From contig VXYK01000004.1 in the NCBI GenBank assembly GCA_009845995.1, positions 9,705 through 73,704 on the forward strand: a stretch of DNA of 64,000 nt, in the 5' to 3' direction. Numbering within the stretch: the first letter of the stretch is position 1; every line of letters starts with the position of its first letter. This document shows positions 31,121 through 41,483 of the stretch, piece by piece. The position numbers and the translations under genes are program-made. The notes under the pieces are model-generated. The model was given only the letters and a program-made list of their open reading frames with translations. It made no database searches and was not told the origin of the DNA. Source of the stretch: Acidimicrobiaceae bacterium (GTDB taxonomy: Bacteria; Actinomycetota; Acidimicrobiia; Acidimicrobiales; Aldehydirespiratoraceae).

Positions 31121-31295
31121 GGTGGTGTCTATTCCTTGTTGCTCGGCGTGTCACTACGCCGCGTAGCTTAACGTCCAAGATCAATTCCTGACCGATGCTA
31201 TCGGGAATTGATTCTGAACGCGCTCGGCTAGCCGGAGACATGTGCCACCTTCAGGCACCGGCCACATTGAGGCGACCCTCAAGTACTCTAGGAAC

Positions 31296-31490
31296 ATGAG
31301 CAAATCAAGTAGTGCAAGCGGGTTGCCGTTTCCTGCGCTTGTCGTGGTCGCTGCGCTGGCTGTTTTCGGCGTGATCACCCTTGTTCAATGGTTGGTCGGC
31401 TCGCTCGCAGGGATACTCAAGTTCGGTCTGTTCGTGTTGATCGTGGTTGCAATCGCCGGCTGGGTCGTCAGCATCAAAGGCAAGCGCTGA
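31296..31490 (+). CDS. Small two-TM membrane protein
   Basis: 64 aa, almost entirely hydrophobic, basic C-terminus; fills the intergenic gap. Confidence 0.65.
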   Translation: MSKSSSASGLPFPALVVVAALAVFGVITLVQWLVGSLAGILKFGLFVLIVVAIAGWVVSIKGKR

Positions 31491-32463
31491 GCCAATCACG
31501 AGTCGCCGATTCGACACACCTGAGCGTGTCGTTCACCGCACGTTCCTCACCGAATCGCTCGGTCAAATCCACGGTGGGAATCTTGCCGACAGCATCGACG
31601 GTTGCCCTTCCCACCACGGCTACCACCGGTACACCGGCATGTCGAGCCAACTCCGTCACGCCTCCCACGACCTTTCCATCGAAGGATGTAGCGTCAAGGC
31701 ACCCCTCACCGGTCACCACCAGATCGGCCTGTTCGATCTGTTCGTAGAGACCCACCGAATCGGCGATCAACTCGAACCCGTCGCACAGGTTCGCGCCGAC
31801 CGCGAACAATCCGCCTCCAAGACCACCCGCAGCACCACTTCTGGGCACATCGGCCACTTCCACACCGTGTTCTTCACAGTAAACCTGTGCCAACCGGGCC
31901 AGCCGACCCTGCAGCAACGCAACTTGCGCCGCGGATGCCCCCTTCTGTGGGCCGAACACCGCCGCCGCGTCAATGAACTTCGTACGCACATCGGCCGCGA
32001 CCTCGATGTCAACACCTCGATAGCGAGCCAGAGGCGCCATCGCCCGTAGCGCTCCCATTCCGCCGTCTGTGGTCGCCGATCCGCCCAGGCCGACAATGAT
32101 CTTGGTCGCGCCGCAGTCTGCCGCGGCGGAGATCAACTCTCCGGTCCCGGCGGTCGTCGCTTCCATGGCATCGTTGAACTCTGCGCCGCCGACCAGATTC
32201 AGTCCCGACGCCCTGGCCATCTCGATCACGGCCAACTTCCCGCTCAGGTGCCATTCGGCTTGCACCGATGAGCCGACAGGTCCTGTAACGGTGGTCGTCC
32301 GGTTCGCCCCGCCGAACGCCTCCAAGGTGCCTTCCCCGCCGTCGGCCATTGGCTGGATATCACAGTCCCACCCCGCGTCGGAAGCTGCGGCGGCCACAGC
32401 CTTCGCTATCTCGACTGCAGTCGCTGTGCCTCTGAACTTGTCGGGGCAGGCCAAAACGCGCAC
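31474..32463 (-). CDS. Glycerate kinase (GlxK family)
   Basis: CPDKFRGT, PMADGGEGT, GLGGSATTDGG, FGPQKGA, GAAGGLG, TGEG.LD..SFDGKV. Confidence 0.95.
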   Translation of the reverse strand: MRVLACPDKFRGTATAVEIAKAVAAAASDAGWDCDIQPMADGGEGTLEAFGGANRTTTVTGPVGSSVQAEWHLSGKLAVIEMARASGLNLVGGAEFNDAMEATTAGTGELISAAADCGATKIIVGLGGSATTDGGMGALRAMAPLARYRGVDIEVAADVRTKFIDAAAVFGPQKGASAAQVALLQGRLARLAQVYCEEHGVEVADVPRSGAAGGLGGGLFAVGANLCDGFELIADSVGLYEQIEQADLVVTGEGCLDATSFDGKVVGGVTELARHAGVPVVAVVGRATVDAVGKIPTVDLTERFGEERAVNDTLRCVESATRDWLSACL

Positions 32464-32541
32464 GACTCAGTTTGGCCCATGGTCTCCGGGCGCGCCTCAG
32501 CCACCAAGGTCAGGCGAGTTGTTTGGCAGGGTCAACCGAGG

Positions 32542-33156
32542 TCAGCCGAGAACCGCGTCCGCCCCGAGCACGACGTAGATGTTGAAGTCGGCGGCGCTTG
32601 GGTTGCTGTCAGCCACCAGCGTGAGCGGATCGGTCGGCACCCTTTCGACGACGGACGGAGATCCGTTCAGAGCCACTGCGACCAGTTCGGCTTCATCCTC
32701 GTATCCAGGCGTGTAGTAGACCCGGCTGAACTCTTTGTCGAAGGTGTCGGCGTTGAAGCCTTCCGCAACATACCCGGCGGTCGTCAGGTGATCTTTGCGC
32801 GCCCCCGCCAATCCTGGCTCTCCACGGCCGTTGAGGACTGCGACCTTCACCGAATTCGGGGGATCGACGACGACCGGGGCAGCTGTGGTCGGGGCTGCAG
32901 TCGTGGGAGTGTCGACTTCCTCGGGGTCATCACCCGCGGTGGTCGGGGTCGCTTCCTCCTCCTCGGCGTCGTCGCCTGTTTCGTCGGTTTCGTCTTCGAC
33001 GGTGGTGATGGGTTCATCACTGTCGAATCCCTGCCACAGCAGAAGTACGCCGATGACGATCGCTATGACGATCAATATGCCGCCTCTCGCGGCGGCGGTC
33101 GCCGTCGACTTGGTGAACGAGTTGTCAGATGCGGCGTAGCGCCCGGGTGCTGTCAT
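32542..33156 (-). CDS. LytR C-terminal domain membrane protein
   Basis: N-terminal TM, acidic/Thr-rich linker, VKVAVLNG.G.PGLA, VYYTPGYE, IYVVLGAD. Confidence 0.82.
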   Translation of the reverse strand: MTAPGRYAASDNSFTKSTATAAARGGILIVIAIVIGVLLLWQGFDSDEPITTVEDETDETGDDAEEEEATPTTAGDDPEEVDTPTTAAPTTAAPVVVDPPNSVKVAVLNGRGEPGLAGARKDHLTTAGYVAEGFNADTFDKEFSRVYYTPGYEDEAELVAVALNGSPSVVERVPTDPLTLVADSNPSAADFNIYVVLGADAVLG

Positions 33157-33278
33157 CGGCTGTGCTCCTCGTAGGTGAGTACCAAGTATGCCTTAGCTTG
33201 ACAGATCACAGCGCGCAATGGGAACCGCAGCAAAAATTTCGGCGCTGATCGGCCCAAACAGGTTTACGCTGAGGCAAC

Positions 33279-33354
33279 GCCCGAGTAGCTCAGTTGGTAG
33301 AGCAGCTGTCTTGTAAACAGCAGGTCGCAGGTTCGACTCCTGTCTCGGGCTCCA
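33279..33354 (+). tRNA. tRNA-Thr(TGT)
   Basis: GCCCGAG/CTCGGGC acceptor stem, TAGCTCAGTTGGTAGAGC D arm, GCTGT-CTTGTAA-ACAGC anticodon arm, GGTTCGACTCC T arm, encoded CCA. Confidence 0.97.
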
Positions 33355-33362
33355 CACGGGGC

Positions 33363-33379
33363 TCGGGGCGAAGCCCCGA
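33363..33379 (+). terminator. GC-rich hairpin just downstream of tRNA-Thr
   Basis: TCGGGGC-GAA-GCCCCGA; no clear U-tract. Confidence 0.45.
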
Positions 33380-33467
33380 AACTGGTCTCAGAGGCCGATG
33401 TTCTACGCGACTAACCGGCTGAACGGCCGAGCGCAATCGTCCTCGCAGGGCAATACCCTCAGCCACC

Positions 33468-35480
33468 ATGTCTCCGCAACAGGATTTCAAACATGGCGCG
33501 CCCTCCTTCGGCGATCTGATCGGCCAACAGGGGCGGTGCTTCTACGTGCCCATGTACCAGCGCGACTTCACGTGGGGCTCCGACCAGATTGAGCGGCTCT
33601 TCGAGGATCTATTTTCCGGGATAGACCGAGTCGCCTCTGGTGACAACCCTTCGACGTTCCTAGGCTCCGTTATCTTCTTCGATGATCGCTATGCAGTGGA
33701 CCCAGGGAAGGACAACGCCTTACCGACCAGCGTCTTTCACGTTGTAGACGGCCAACAACGCCTCACAACTCTGCTGCTGTTGTGTTCCAGCCTTATGAGG
33801 GAAGTGCACCAAGTTCTGGCTGAGCTGGAAGCGACCCAAGTTCTGGACTCCAATCCAGATCCGACAACGACATGGCTAAGCGAGATCCTTCAAACTGTCT
33901 CTGACCGCTTGCTTGGTGCCCTCCATTGGGACCACGGGCAAGGCGACAACGGCTACCGCTTCAAACCACGAATGATCCGTCAGGCTTCTGACACCTGGGG
34001 CAATACCATGACCGACGCCCGCTATGAGAGTGACATCGCCTATTACCTACACGAAATTGCGAAATCACGAGCTCAGACGAGCGCGCACGGACCCGTTATC
34101 GCGCCGCCATCCCGACCCCATCTGAAGCTTGCGCTGGACGCCATCGAGTCGACCCTCGCTAGGGTCCAGACCGAGGATATTGGTTGCGCGGCCTTGTGGG
34201 AACTGGACTTCGTGAGCAATGTTGAGGCATGCGGGCGGCTTCTTGGCCGTCGAGAGCAGGCACCGGTTGAAGCCTCATCGTTCAGCCAGTTTCAACTCCG
34301 TGGTGCCCGCCTTGCAACAATCGCGTCCTTCCTATTCGGTCACGTCAAGGTGATCGAGGTCATTGCACCGACCGAGGAATATGCCTTCACACTGTTCGAG
34401 CCGCTCAATTCAACCGGCCAACCTCTCACGCCGATCGAGACTCTGAAGCCGCTCGTGGTCCAAGCCGAAGGCGGGGGTTCAAATTTCTTGGGTTCACCGA
34501 GTGAAGAACACCTTAGGGCCGTGGATCGCTACCTGCCGGAGGACCTCGAACCGGCCCAGCGCACCCGCCGCTTAAATTCTCTCATCACATCCTTCGCTCT
34601 CGTCGAGCGCGGTGAGAAGATCGGCCGCGTACTTCTCGAACAGCGCTCGTTTCTCCGGCAGTCGTATGGGTCCGTGGCTGGAATGGATCTACAAACTAAA
34701 CGTGCCTTCTCTGAGGGTCTCGCCACAACAGCGAACTTCCTCAACGATTATTGGGATGACGACTCTCCTTCGATGGCACTCCTCGGCGACGAACGCACGC
34801 ATCTCTGTCTCAAGGTATTGACCGCGACAAGGCACACGATCTCAATCCCCCTTCTCGTTCGCTACTACGAGAGGGCCGAGAAGACCAAAGCGGATTCCCA
34901 CATCAAGGAGTTCCAACATGTGCTGCGATCAGTGACGGCGTTCTGGACGTTGTGGCGAACGGCGCGGACGACCACAAGCGGAATCGATACTGAGCATCGT
35001 CGACTAATTGGCGAAGGGGACGCAGAAACGGGCCTCCCATGCCTGACCCGCGCGGAGATGTCCCACGAGGACCTTCCCAAAGCCGATGAGGTTCGCAATG
35101 CGCTTAAAGGTACCTTGGTGCGAAAGCTGAAGATCTCCTCGGCCGAGGACTGGATTAACAAGGTCGGAGCGCAATCGGTGTACCAAACCGAGAAAGTTCT
35201 GGCCCGTTACCTCCTGCTTCTAGCGCACGATGATGCGATCAAGCTTCCAGATTCGCCTAGACAATGCCGACGCGGTGCCAGCGGATGCGCTCCCACGCTC
35301 AACGTGGCCACTTGGAAAGCACACTACACCATTGAGCACATGGCCCCTCAGTCGATCAATTCCGCTGACACGAGCTATGAGAGGGCAATCTACGACGACG
35401 GGTTGATCGACCGGCTAGGTAACTTGCTCCTACCCAGAAGATCCTCGCCGGCAAGGGCCTGCGCGACCGTTGACGAATGA
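33468..35480 (+). pseudogene. DUF262/DUF1524 (GmrSD-like type IV restriction family) protein, probably C-terminally truncated
   Basis: DUF262 motifs VPMYQRDFTW, FLGSVI, VVDGQQRLTTL, FEPLNSTG; DUF1524 start IEHMAPQ...DRLGNLLL followed by a short unrelated-looking tail and stop; codon usage differs from flanks. Confidence 0.75.
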
Positions 35481-35491
35481 ACAGTCGGGTC

Positions 35492-35791
35492 CTAGGTCAC
35501 CAAGCGCAGGCATGCGGTGACGGACATGGCGGCGAGGACGACAACCAGCAGCGGTGCCTTGCGCCATACGGCCAGCGCACCGACACCGACACCAACGGCC
35601 CGGGCGTCGAGCACAAGCTCCCCAGCCGTCTCGAAGGTCATCACCACGATGAGCGCCGAGAACAGAACAACCGGCAACAGCGACACCAACGGTCCGAGCC
35701 TGCGCTCCACCACAGAACCCAGGGTCGTCACCCCCAACACCTTCAAGGCGTACGAACCCGCGGCCAACACGATCATCAGCGGCCAACTCAC
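35492..35791 (-). CDS. AzlD domain branched-chain amino acid export small subunit
   Basis: GTG overlaps the azlC-like stop; SYALK..G, LLPVVLFSALIVVMTF, WRKAPLLVVV. Confidence 0.85.
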   Translation of the reverse strand: MSWPLMIVLAAGSYALKVLGVTTLGSVVERRLGPLVSLLPVVLFSALIVVMTFETAGELVLDARAVGVGVGALAVWRKAPLLVVVLAAMSVTACLRLVT

Positions 35792-36537
35792 GGCTGCGCC
35801 CCAGACTCGCCGCCCAGCGGCTCTTCGCGGTCGCTCGGCCAGCGATGGCGCACGTACAGAGCCGGTAGCACAGCGACCACAGCCAACAGGATCGGCACCC
35901 CCGCGGCGGTAACTGGCACAGCTCCCAAGGCAATAGCGGCTGCAATGATCGACGCCACGCGCCCCGCAGGCGTCCGCAGATGCGTAGCGAGCAACGCCAC
36001 GAAGATCGCGGGAAAGGCCGCGTCGAGCCCCCAAGTCTCTGGAGTGCTCAAAACCGCGCCCAGCGCCGCACCCGCCAACGAACCCAAGTTCCAGCAGATC
36101 CACAGCGTCACGCCGGTGAACCAGAAGGCGTCCCAACCGGAACGGTGGTCGGGCTGAGCGACCGCCATGGCCGTGGTCTCGTCGATCACCAGATGGGCTG
36201 CTCCGAGCCTCGGCAACGTCGAGTCGGGCAGGGACTTGCGCACGACCGGGCCGTACAGCGCGTTGCGTGTCGCCAACAGCAAAGCCGACCCGACCGCTGC
36301 TCCCCCTGTTCCGCCGTCGTCGATCACACCCACCGCCGCGAACTGCGAGGCACCAGTGAACACCAGCGCAGACATCACCACAATCCGGGGCAGATCGAAA
36401 CCCGCCGCCTCGGCGAAAACGCCGAAGGTCACACCAATGACACCAACCGCGAGACTCACCACCAAACAGTCACGCCGCCGACGCCGCCGTGCGTCGTCGC
36501 CCGCGGGATCCATATTTTCTGTAGGCGGTCCAGTCAT
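35788..36537 (-). CDS. AzlC family permease
   Basis: MSALVFTGASQFAAV, RNALYG, IDETTA, WGLDAAFPAIF. Confidence 0.9.
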   Translation of the reverse strand: MTGPPTENMDPAGDDARRRRRRDCLVVSLAVGVIGVTFGVFAEAAGFDLPRIVVMSALVFTGASQFAAVGVIDDGGTGGAAVGSALLLATRNALYGPVVRKSLPDSTLPRLGAAHLVIDETTAMAVAQPDHRSGWDAFWFTGVTLWICWNLGSLAGAALGAVLSTPETWGLDAAFPAIFVALLATHLRTPAGRVASIIAAAIALGAVPVTAAGVPILLAVVAVLPALYVRHRWPSDREEPLGGESGAQP

Positions 36538-36698
36538 CGTCGGTTGATCACCTCGGGTTATACGCCGAGCGCTACGCAAAGATACAACCGTGCCCAAAGC
36601 GCTCAAACCACGAGACCACACGCAGACGTTCCGGCGATATCATCCGGCGCGACCAACGGCACAGACGAACAGAACCTGAATCAGGCGGTTGAAAACCC

Positions 36699-37838
36699 AT
36701 GACAACGGACCAGGCGATTCCAGAGACGACGATTCCTGAGACGACGATTCCAGAGACAATGCGGGCCGCGCTGCTGCTCGGTACGGGTGGACCCGAGATG
36801 CTCGAAGTGCGAGACGACGTTCCGGTTCCCCGACCTGACCAAGGCGATGTGCTGGTCCGGGTGTCCGCATGTGGCGTCAACAACACCGACATCAACACCC
36901 GAGTCGGTTGGTACAGCCGCTCGGTCACTGCCGCCACATCCGGTGACGGTTTCGCCGAGGCAGACCTCGACGATGTCGGCTGGGGTCGCGAAGGCCTCAC
37001 TTACCCCCGGATTCAGGGAGCAGACATCGCCGGGGTGGTCGTCGCAATCGGGGAAGGTGCCGACGACGGCCTGCTTGGACGTCGGGTGCTCGTAGACCCC
37101 TGGCTACGGGACCGGCGCAACCCCAGCGACCGCGAATTGACCGGCTACCTGGGAAGCGAACGCGACGGAGGCTTCGCGCAGTACTGCACCGTGCCGAGCG
37201 AGAACGTATACCCGGTCTCAACTGAGCTGACCGACGTGGAGCTGGCCTCGTTCGCCTGTTCGTGGTCCACCGCCGAGCACATGTTGCAACGGGTGAACCT
37301 GAGCGCCGGCGAGACGATCGCTGTTCCGGGAGCGTCGGGTGGAGTCGGGAGCTCACTGGTGCAACTCGCCAAACTTCGCGGCGCCCGAGTCGTTGCCATA
37401 GCCGGTGCTTCCAAGCTCAAACGAGTCCTCGAACTCGGAGCCGACGCCGCTGTCGCCCGAGAAACCGACAACCCGGTCGCCGCCGCCGTGGAGGCCAACG
37501 GGGGGCATTTCGACGCCGTGGCCGACATCGTGGGCGGGGTCGACTTCGGAGGCTGGCTCGAAGCACTCAACCGAGGCGGCCGATACGTCACCTCCGGTGC
37601 TATCGCCGGTCCGATCGTGGACTTGGACCTGCGCACTCTCTACCTGCGCGACCTACAACTTCACGGTGCCACCGTCTACGAACCAAAGGTCTTTGCAGAT
37701 CTGGTCGGCCACATCGAGCGAGCTCAGATCCGACCGGTTGTCGGCGGCACATTCCCTCTCGAAGAAATCCACAACGCGCAGGAAGCGTTCGGATCCAAGG
37801 ACCACGTCGGCAGCATCGTCATCACGATCCCGCGCTAG
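36699..37838 (+). CDS. MDR-family (zinc-binding dehydrogenase/quinone oxidoreductase-like) protein
   Basis: CGVNNTDIN.R.GWY, PRIQGAD, GSERDGGFAQY, PGASGGVGS, SGAIAGP. Confidence 0.9.
   Translation: MTTDQAIPETTIPETTIPETMRAALLLGTGGPEMLEVRDDVPVPRPDQGDVLVRVSACGVNNTDINTRVGWYSRSVTAATSGDGFAEADLDDVGWGREGLTYPRIQGADIAGVVVAIGEGADDGLLGRRVLVDPWLRDRRNPSDRELTGYLGSERDGGFAQYCTVPSENVYPVSTELTDVELASFACSWSTAEHMLQRVNLSAGETIAVPGASGGVGSSLVQLAKLRGARVVAIAGASKLKRVLELGADAAVARETDNPVAAAVEANGGHFDAVADIVGGVDFGGWLEALNRGGRYVTSGAIAGPIVDLDLRTLYLRDLQLHGATVYEPKVFADLVGHIERAQIRPVVGGTFPLEEIHNAQEAFGSKDHVGSIVITIPR
36715..36759 (+). repeat. In-frame 3 x 15-bp tandem repeat (IPETT) at the N-terminus
   Basis: cgattccagagacga / cgattcctgagacga / cgattccagagacaa. 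Confidence 0.88.
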
Positions 37839-38761
37839 CGGGTTCGGCGGGACAGAATCTCGAAGCACGCGACTGCCGCCGCTGCCGAGACGTTGAGAGA
37901 CCCGAGAGCGCCCTGAAGCGGAATGGATGCCAGCGCATCGCAACGCTGACGGACCAGCCGACTGAGACCCGGGCCTTCGGCTCCCAAGACAAGAGCGATC
38001 GGTTCATCAGCAACGGTCAACCGATGGATCGGCTGATCACCGCTCGAGTCGAGGCCAACCGTCCAGACACCGGCCGCGCTCAACGTTTGCATCGCGGTCG
38101 GGAGGCCACCCACCAAAGCAATACGGAGGTGTTCAATGGCACCAGCAGCAGCTTTCGTAACCGATGGCGTGATGTGTGCCGCACGATGTCGGGGCAGCAC
38201 CACTCCCGTCACTCCGGCGCACTCGGCCGTGCGCAGGATCGCCCCGAGATTCTGGGGGTCAGTGATTCCGTCGAGCAGCAACAAGAACGGTTGGTCGACA
38301 CCCGCGCCGTTACTCAACAAATCCTCCAATTCGGCGGGCTGCAACGGGGCCGCGGTAGCCAGCACACCCTGCGAGGCGCCAGTGCGAGCCATTGACTCAA
38401 ACTTGCTTCGGGGCAACTCGCGGATGGGCACCTTGTTCTCGTCGGCAAGGTCGATGATGTCGCCGAGGATCGGGGCGTCATCGAGATCGCCCGCCAACAC
38501 CACCTCACGGGTGCGTCGGGTGCCCGCCAACAGCAGTTCCCTGACCGCGTGACGACCTTCCACCTGATCGCCGCCCAAAGACGGTCCTCGGCTGCGATTC
38601 ATCGGATCATCACGGCGCGGCGTGGTACCGCGTTGGCCGGGTGGTCGACGACTAGGACCCCTGCTCGGGGAGCTTCGCCGCTTGCCTTTCGCTCCGCCGC
38701 TGGATCCACCACCCTGAGAACCGCGCCGCCTGTTGCCCCCCGAGTTCCTGTTTCGGCTCAT
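37835..38761 (-). CDS. rlmB: 23S rRNA Gm2251 methyltransferase (TrmH family)
   Basis: VEGRHAVREL, LDGITDPQNLGAILR, LGAEGPGL, SLNVSAAAA; Arg/Gly-rich N-terminal extension. Confidence 0.92.
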   Translation of the reverse strand: MSRNRNSGGNRRRGSQGGGSSGGAKGKRRSSPSRGPSRRPPGQRGTTPRRDDPMNRSRGPSLGGDQVEGRHAVRELLLAGTRRTREVVLAGDLDDAPILGDIIDLADENKVPIRELPRSKFESMARTGASQGVLATAAPLQPAELEDLLSNGAGVDQPFLLLLDGITDPQNLGAILRTAECAGVTGVVLPRHRAAHITPSVTKAAAGAIEHLRIALVGGLPTAMQTLSAAGVWTVGLDSSGDQPIHRLTVADEPIALVLGAEGPGLSRLVRQRCDALASIPLQGALGSLNVSAAAAVACFEILSRRTR

Positions 38762-39246
38762 CTCGCTACCAGGGCGACCGCCCACGCAACCACGCCCTCT
38801 CCCCGACCCAAAGCACCGACACCCTCGGTTCGGCGGCCCGTGACCGAGACAGGTGCGCCCACCGCACCCGACAGTTTGGACTCCATCGCGAACTTCACCG
38901 GGGCCAAGGCGGGCTGATCAAGCACTACCGAACAGTCAATATTCCCTGGTGACCAACCACTTTCACGCACGGCTTCGGCCGCCAAGCGCAACAGGTCCAC
39001 GCTGTCAGCGCCAGCAAGTTCTGGATCTGTATCGGGAAACATCTGACCGATGTCGCCCAATCCAGCGGCACTCAACAACGCGTCGGCGCAGACATGAGCG
39101 ATCACATCAGCGTCGCTGTGACCTTTCAACCCCACCTCACCCGGGAACGCTATACCGCCAAGCACCAGCACCCGGTCCGGATCATCAGAGCGGGCATGAA
39201 CATCGAATGCCTGCCCCACCCGGTAGCGGATCTCCGAACTGGTCAC
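38758..39246 (-). CDS. ispF: 2-C-methyl-D-erythritol 2,4-cyclodiphosphate synthase
   Basis: RVGQAFDVH, GHSDADV, GDIGQMFPDTD, LGRGEG. Confidence 0.96.
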   Translation of the reverse strand: MTSSEIRYRVGQAFDVHARSDDPDRVLVLGGIAFPGEVGLKGHSDADVIAHVCADALLSAAGLGDIGQMFPDTDPELAGADSVDLLRLAAEAVRESGWSPGNIDCSVVLDQPALAPVKFAMESKLSGAVGAPVSVTGRRTEGVGALGRGEGVVAWAVALVAR

Positions 39247-39923
39247 GATTCACCACTGGATGAAAGATGAAAGGCGGCCACCTCAAGATCGTAGGGGGTG
39301 GTCAGCTTGAGGTTGCGCTGCTCGCCGGATACAAGTTCGACTCTGCCGCCAGCATCGGAGACCAATGAGACATCGTCGGTGGCCTCTGGACTCTGTTGGT
39401 GAACACGTCGCAGTATCTCGGCTCGAAACGCTTGCGGCGTCTGCACGGCCACGAGTTCATCACGGTCCAGGGCGTCTCCAGAGCGAAACCGAATGGTGTC
39501 GGTCACCGCGACCACCGGAGTGGCCGCGTCCGCCCCGGCGCTCACAGCTGCGATGACACGTTCGAAGATCGAATCGGAGGCCAAGGGCCGAGCGGCGTCA
39601 TGAACCAGCACGAACTCGGCAATCTGGGGAACAGCAGCGAGACCATTGCGAACAGATTCTGAACGGGTCGAGCCCCCCGTCACCACCCGCCACTCGAAAC
39701 CGTCGGGCAACTCGCTGGATTCAAGGCCCAAAGACAATCCTGCGAACTCTGACGGCGGCACGACAACCACGACACCGTCACTGTGGCGCGCCGCGGTGAG
39801 TACCGAGCGATCCAACACGCTCACCCCGGCCAGATCGAGAAATTGCTTCGCCGCGCCGAAACGACTCCCAGAACCCGCAGCAACCACAATGGTCCAGATC
39901 GCGCCGTTGCCTTCGCTATTCAC
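39243..39923 (-). CDS. ispD: 2-C-methyl-D-erythritol 4-phosphate cytidylyltransferase
   Basis: VAAGSGSRFG..KQF, GGSTRSESV, LVHDAARP, QTPQAF, TDD, NLKLTTP; start (GTG 39923) inferred. Confidence 0.95.
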   Translation of the reverse strand: MNSEGNGAIWTIVVAAGSGSRFGAAKQFLDLAGVSVLDRSVLTAARHSDGVVVVVPPSEFAGLSLGLESSELPDGFEWRVVTGGSTRSESVRNGLAAVPQIAEFVLVHDAARPLASDSIFERVIAAVSAGADAATPVVAVTDTIRFRSGDALDRDELVAVQTPQAFRAEILRRVHQQSPEATDDVSLVSDAGGRVELVSGEQRNLKLTTPYDLEVAAFHLSSSGES

Positions 39924-40007
39924 AGCTACAGCTTGGCAGCAGCAAGTCGAATCACCCAACAAAGATCTGCGCGGATTGTACGGGTATCGCGCCGATACCT
40001 GTTGTTC

Positions 40008-40046
40008 CCCGCTCTTGTTCGCCTCGCTCACTGGGCCGCTCGGGCC
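40008..40046 (-). repeat. Copy of the dispersed intergenic repeat
   Basis: Reverse complement reads ggcccgagcggcccagtgagcgaggcgaacaagagcggg and aligns with 48170-48207 ggcctaagcggccggtgagcgcagcgaacaagagcggg. Confidence 0.8.
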
Positions 40047-40155
40047 ACAGCCTCGCTGCTTCGCAGCCATGTAGGTATGAATCTGCTCGGCCTCAAGACC
40101 ATATTTTGCCTTGAATTCTAACGGGATCGGGTCGCCCAACTAGATTGAAGTACCC

Positions 40156-40815
40156 ATGACAGAGACCAGCATTCTTCGCGCCACTGAGCTGTTCGCCAGT
40201 CTCACCGAAGAATCTCTCTCTGCCATCGCAGCCACCGGGTCGCCACGGCAGCTGCAGCGAGGCGACACGTTGTTCACCGAAGGTGAAGAACCCGACCACA
40301 TCTACATCGTCACCAGCGGCCGGATTGCCATGGTCAATCGTTCAATCGACGGACGAGAATCCGTCGTGGCCCTCATGGAAACTGGTGATCTGTTCGGTGA
40401 GATGCCCTTGTTCGACGGTGGAAAACGATCAGCCGGAGCTAGAGCGCTGGAGCCATCGGGGGTAGTCGCCATCCCTTACGAACCGGTTCGGGCGCTCTAC
40501 CAAGAGCATCCCGATGAACTGTGGGGCGTCGTCAAGCTCTTGGTCAGTCGCCTGCGCGCAACCGACAAGAGCCTGGCCGACAGCGTCTTCCTCGACGTCA
40601 CTGGCAGGACCGCCAAACGCCTTCTGGAGTTGGCGGGCGACAAGGACGAGTTCATTCTTCCGATCACCCAAGAGGAGCTGGCTGGAATGATCGGAGCCAG
40701 CCGCGAGCGAGTGAACAAAGCCATTGCTTCATTCGTACGTTTGAACTGGATCGATCAGTCGGACCGACGCTACATCATCACCAACCGCGAACAGCTCACG
40801 ATCAGAGCTCGCTGA
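40156..40815 (+). CDS. Crp/Fnr family regulator (CRP/GlxR-like)
   Basis: FGEMPLFDGGKRSA cNMP pocket; ITQEELAGMIGASRERVNKA HTH. Confidence 0.94.
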   Translation: MTETSILRATELFASLTEESLSAIAATGSPRQLQRGDTLFTEGEEPDHIYIVTSGRIAMVNRSIDGRESVVALMETGDLFGEMPLFDGGKRSAGARALEPSGVVAIPYEPVRALYQEHPDELWGVVKLLVSRLRATDKSLADSVFLDVTGRTAKRLLELAGDKDEFILPITQEELAGMIGASRERVNKAIASFVRLNWIDQSDRRYIITNREQLTIRAR

Positions 40816-40816
40816 A

Positions 40817-41461
40817 CTACCAGAGCCAGCGCCCGGCCTGCTGCCAAGCATCGGCAGCATCCACAGAACGGTGCGAGGGGCGCGCCGGATCGTGAACAAA
40901 ACCATGTTCAGCCTCGGAATACTCCACGACCTGCGCTCCGGATTCTCGCAGCTCAGCTATGCCCTCTGCCGGTGTATAAGGATCGGCGGTACCGACTATG
41001 GCCAGTAGCGAAGACGCATCGCCTTTGCTCAGAAGTTCGAGAGGCTCGCCCTGACCCGGTCCTCTCCAGCCCTCGGGCACATGAATCATCCCGTAGAAGG
41101 ACACGAGTCGATTGAAACGGCCGGTGCTCACCGCCTTGTTCACATACATCCCACCCATGCAGAAGCCGATTGCTGCGACCGTCGCCGCGCCAGTGCGCTC
41201 AGCCGCAGCTGTCATATCGCCCAATACGCGCTCATCGGTCAGCAACGAAGCCGCCGCGAATCGGCCCTCAAGATCGAGATGCTCCTCGCCGGGATACAAC
41301 TCAGGGGCAACCACACGGCACTGCCACTCTTCAGCTAGACGGACCGCCATCTCATCAAAGAGCGGACGCAGCCCCATGATGTCGGGCACCAATACCAGCC
41401 CCCGCTCGTCGCTTGAACCAGCAACCTCCGCGGGTGTACCGGACGGTAGTTCAATTCGCAT
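40817..41461 (-). CDS. Dienelactone hydrolase family protein
   Basis: PDIMGLR, IGFCMGG, SFYG, AEHGFVHDP.RP. Confidence 0.9.
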   Translation of the reverse strand: MRIELPSGTPAEVAGSSDERGLVLVPDIMGLRPLFDEMAVRLAEEWQCRVVAPELYPGEEHLDLEGRFAAASLLTDERVLGDMTAAAERTGAATVAAIGFCMGGMYVNKAVSTGRFNRLVSFYGMIHVPEGWRGPGQGEPLELLSKGDASSLLAIVGTADPYTPAEGIAELRESGAQVVEYSEAEHGFVHDPARPSHRSVDAADAWQQAGRWLW

Positions 41462-41483
41462 GACCGTATCTTGTCACCTCAAC

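Noticed and set aside
33290-33490. 66-aa minus-strand ORF
   Set aside because: Antisense to tRNA-Thr (EPETGVEPATCCLQ is typical tRNA-antisense translation)
35430-35491. attR copy of the tRNA-Thr 3' end closing the islet
   Set aside because: No convincing match to TCTCGGGCTCCA found by eye
38580-38761. Arg/Gly-rich N-terminal tail of RlmB as a novel domain
   Set aside because: Low-complexity basic extensions are common on actinobacterial RlmB
39924-40139. Long N-terminal extension of IspD in the ORF track
   Set aside because: Homology begins near 39923; the extension crosses the divergent crp promoter and a repeat copy
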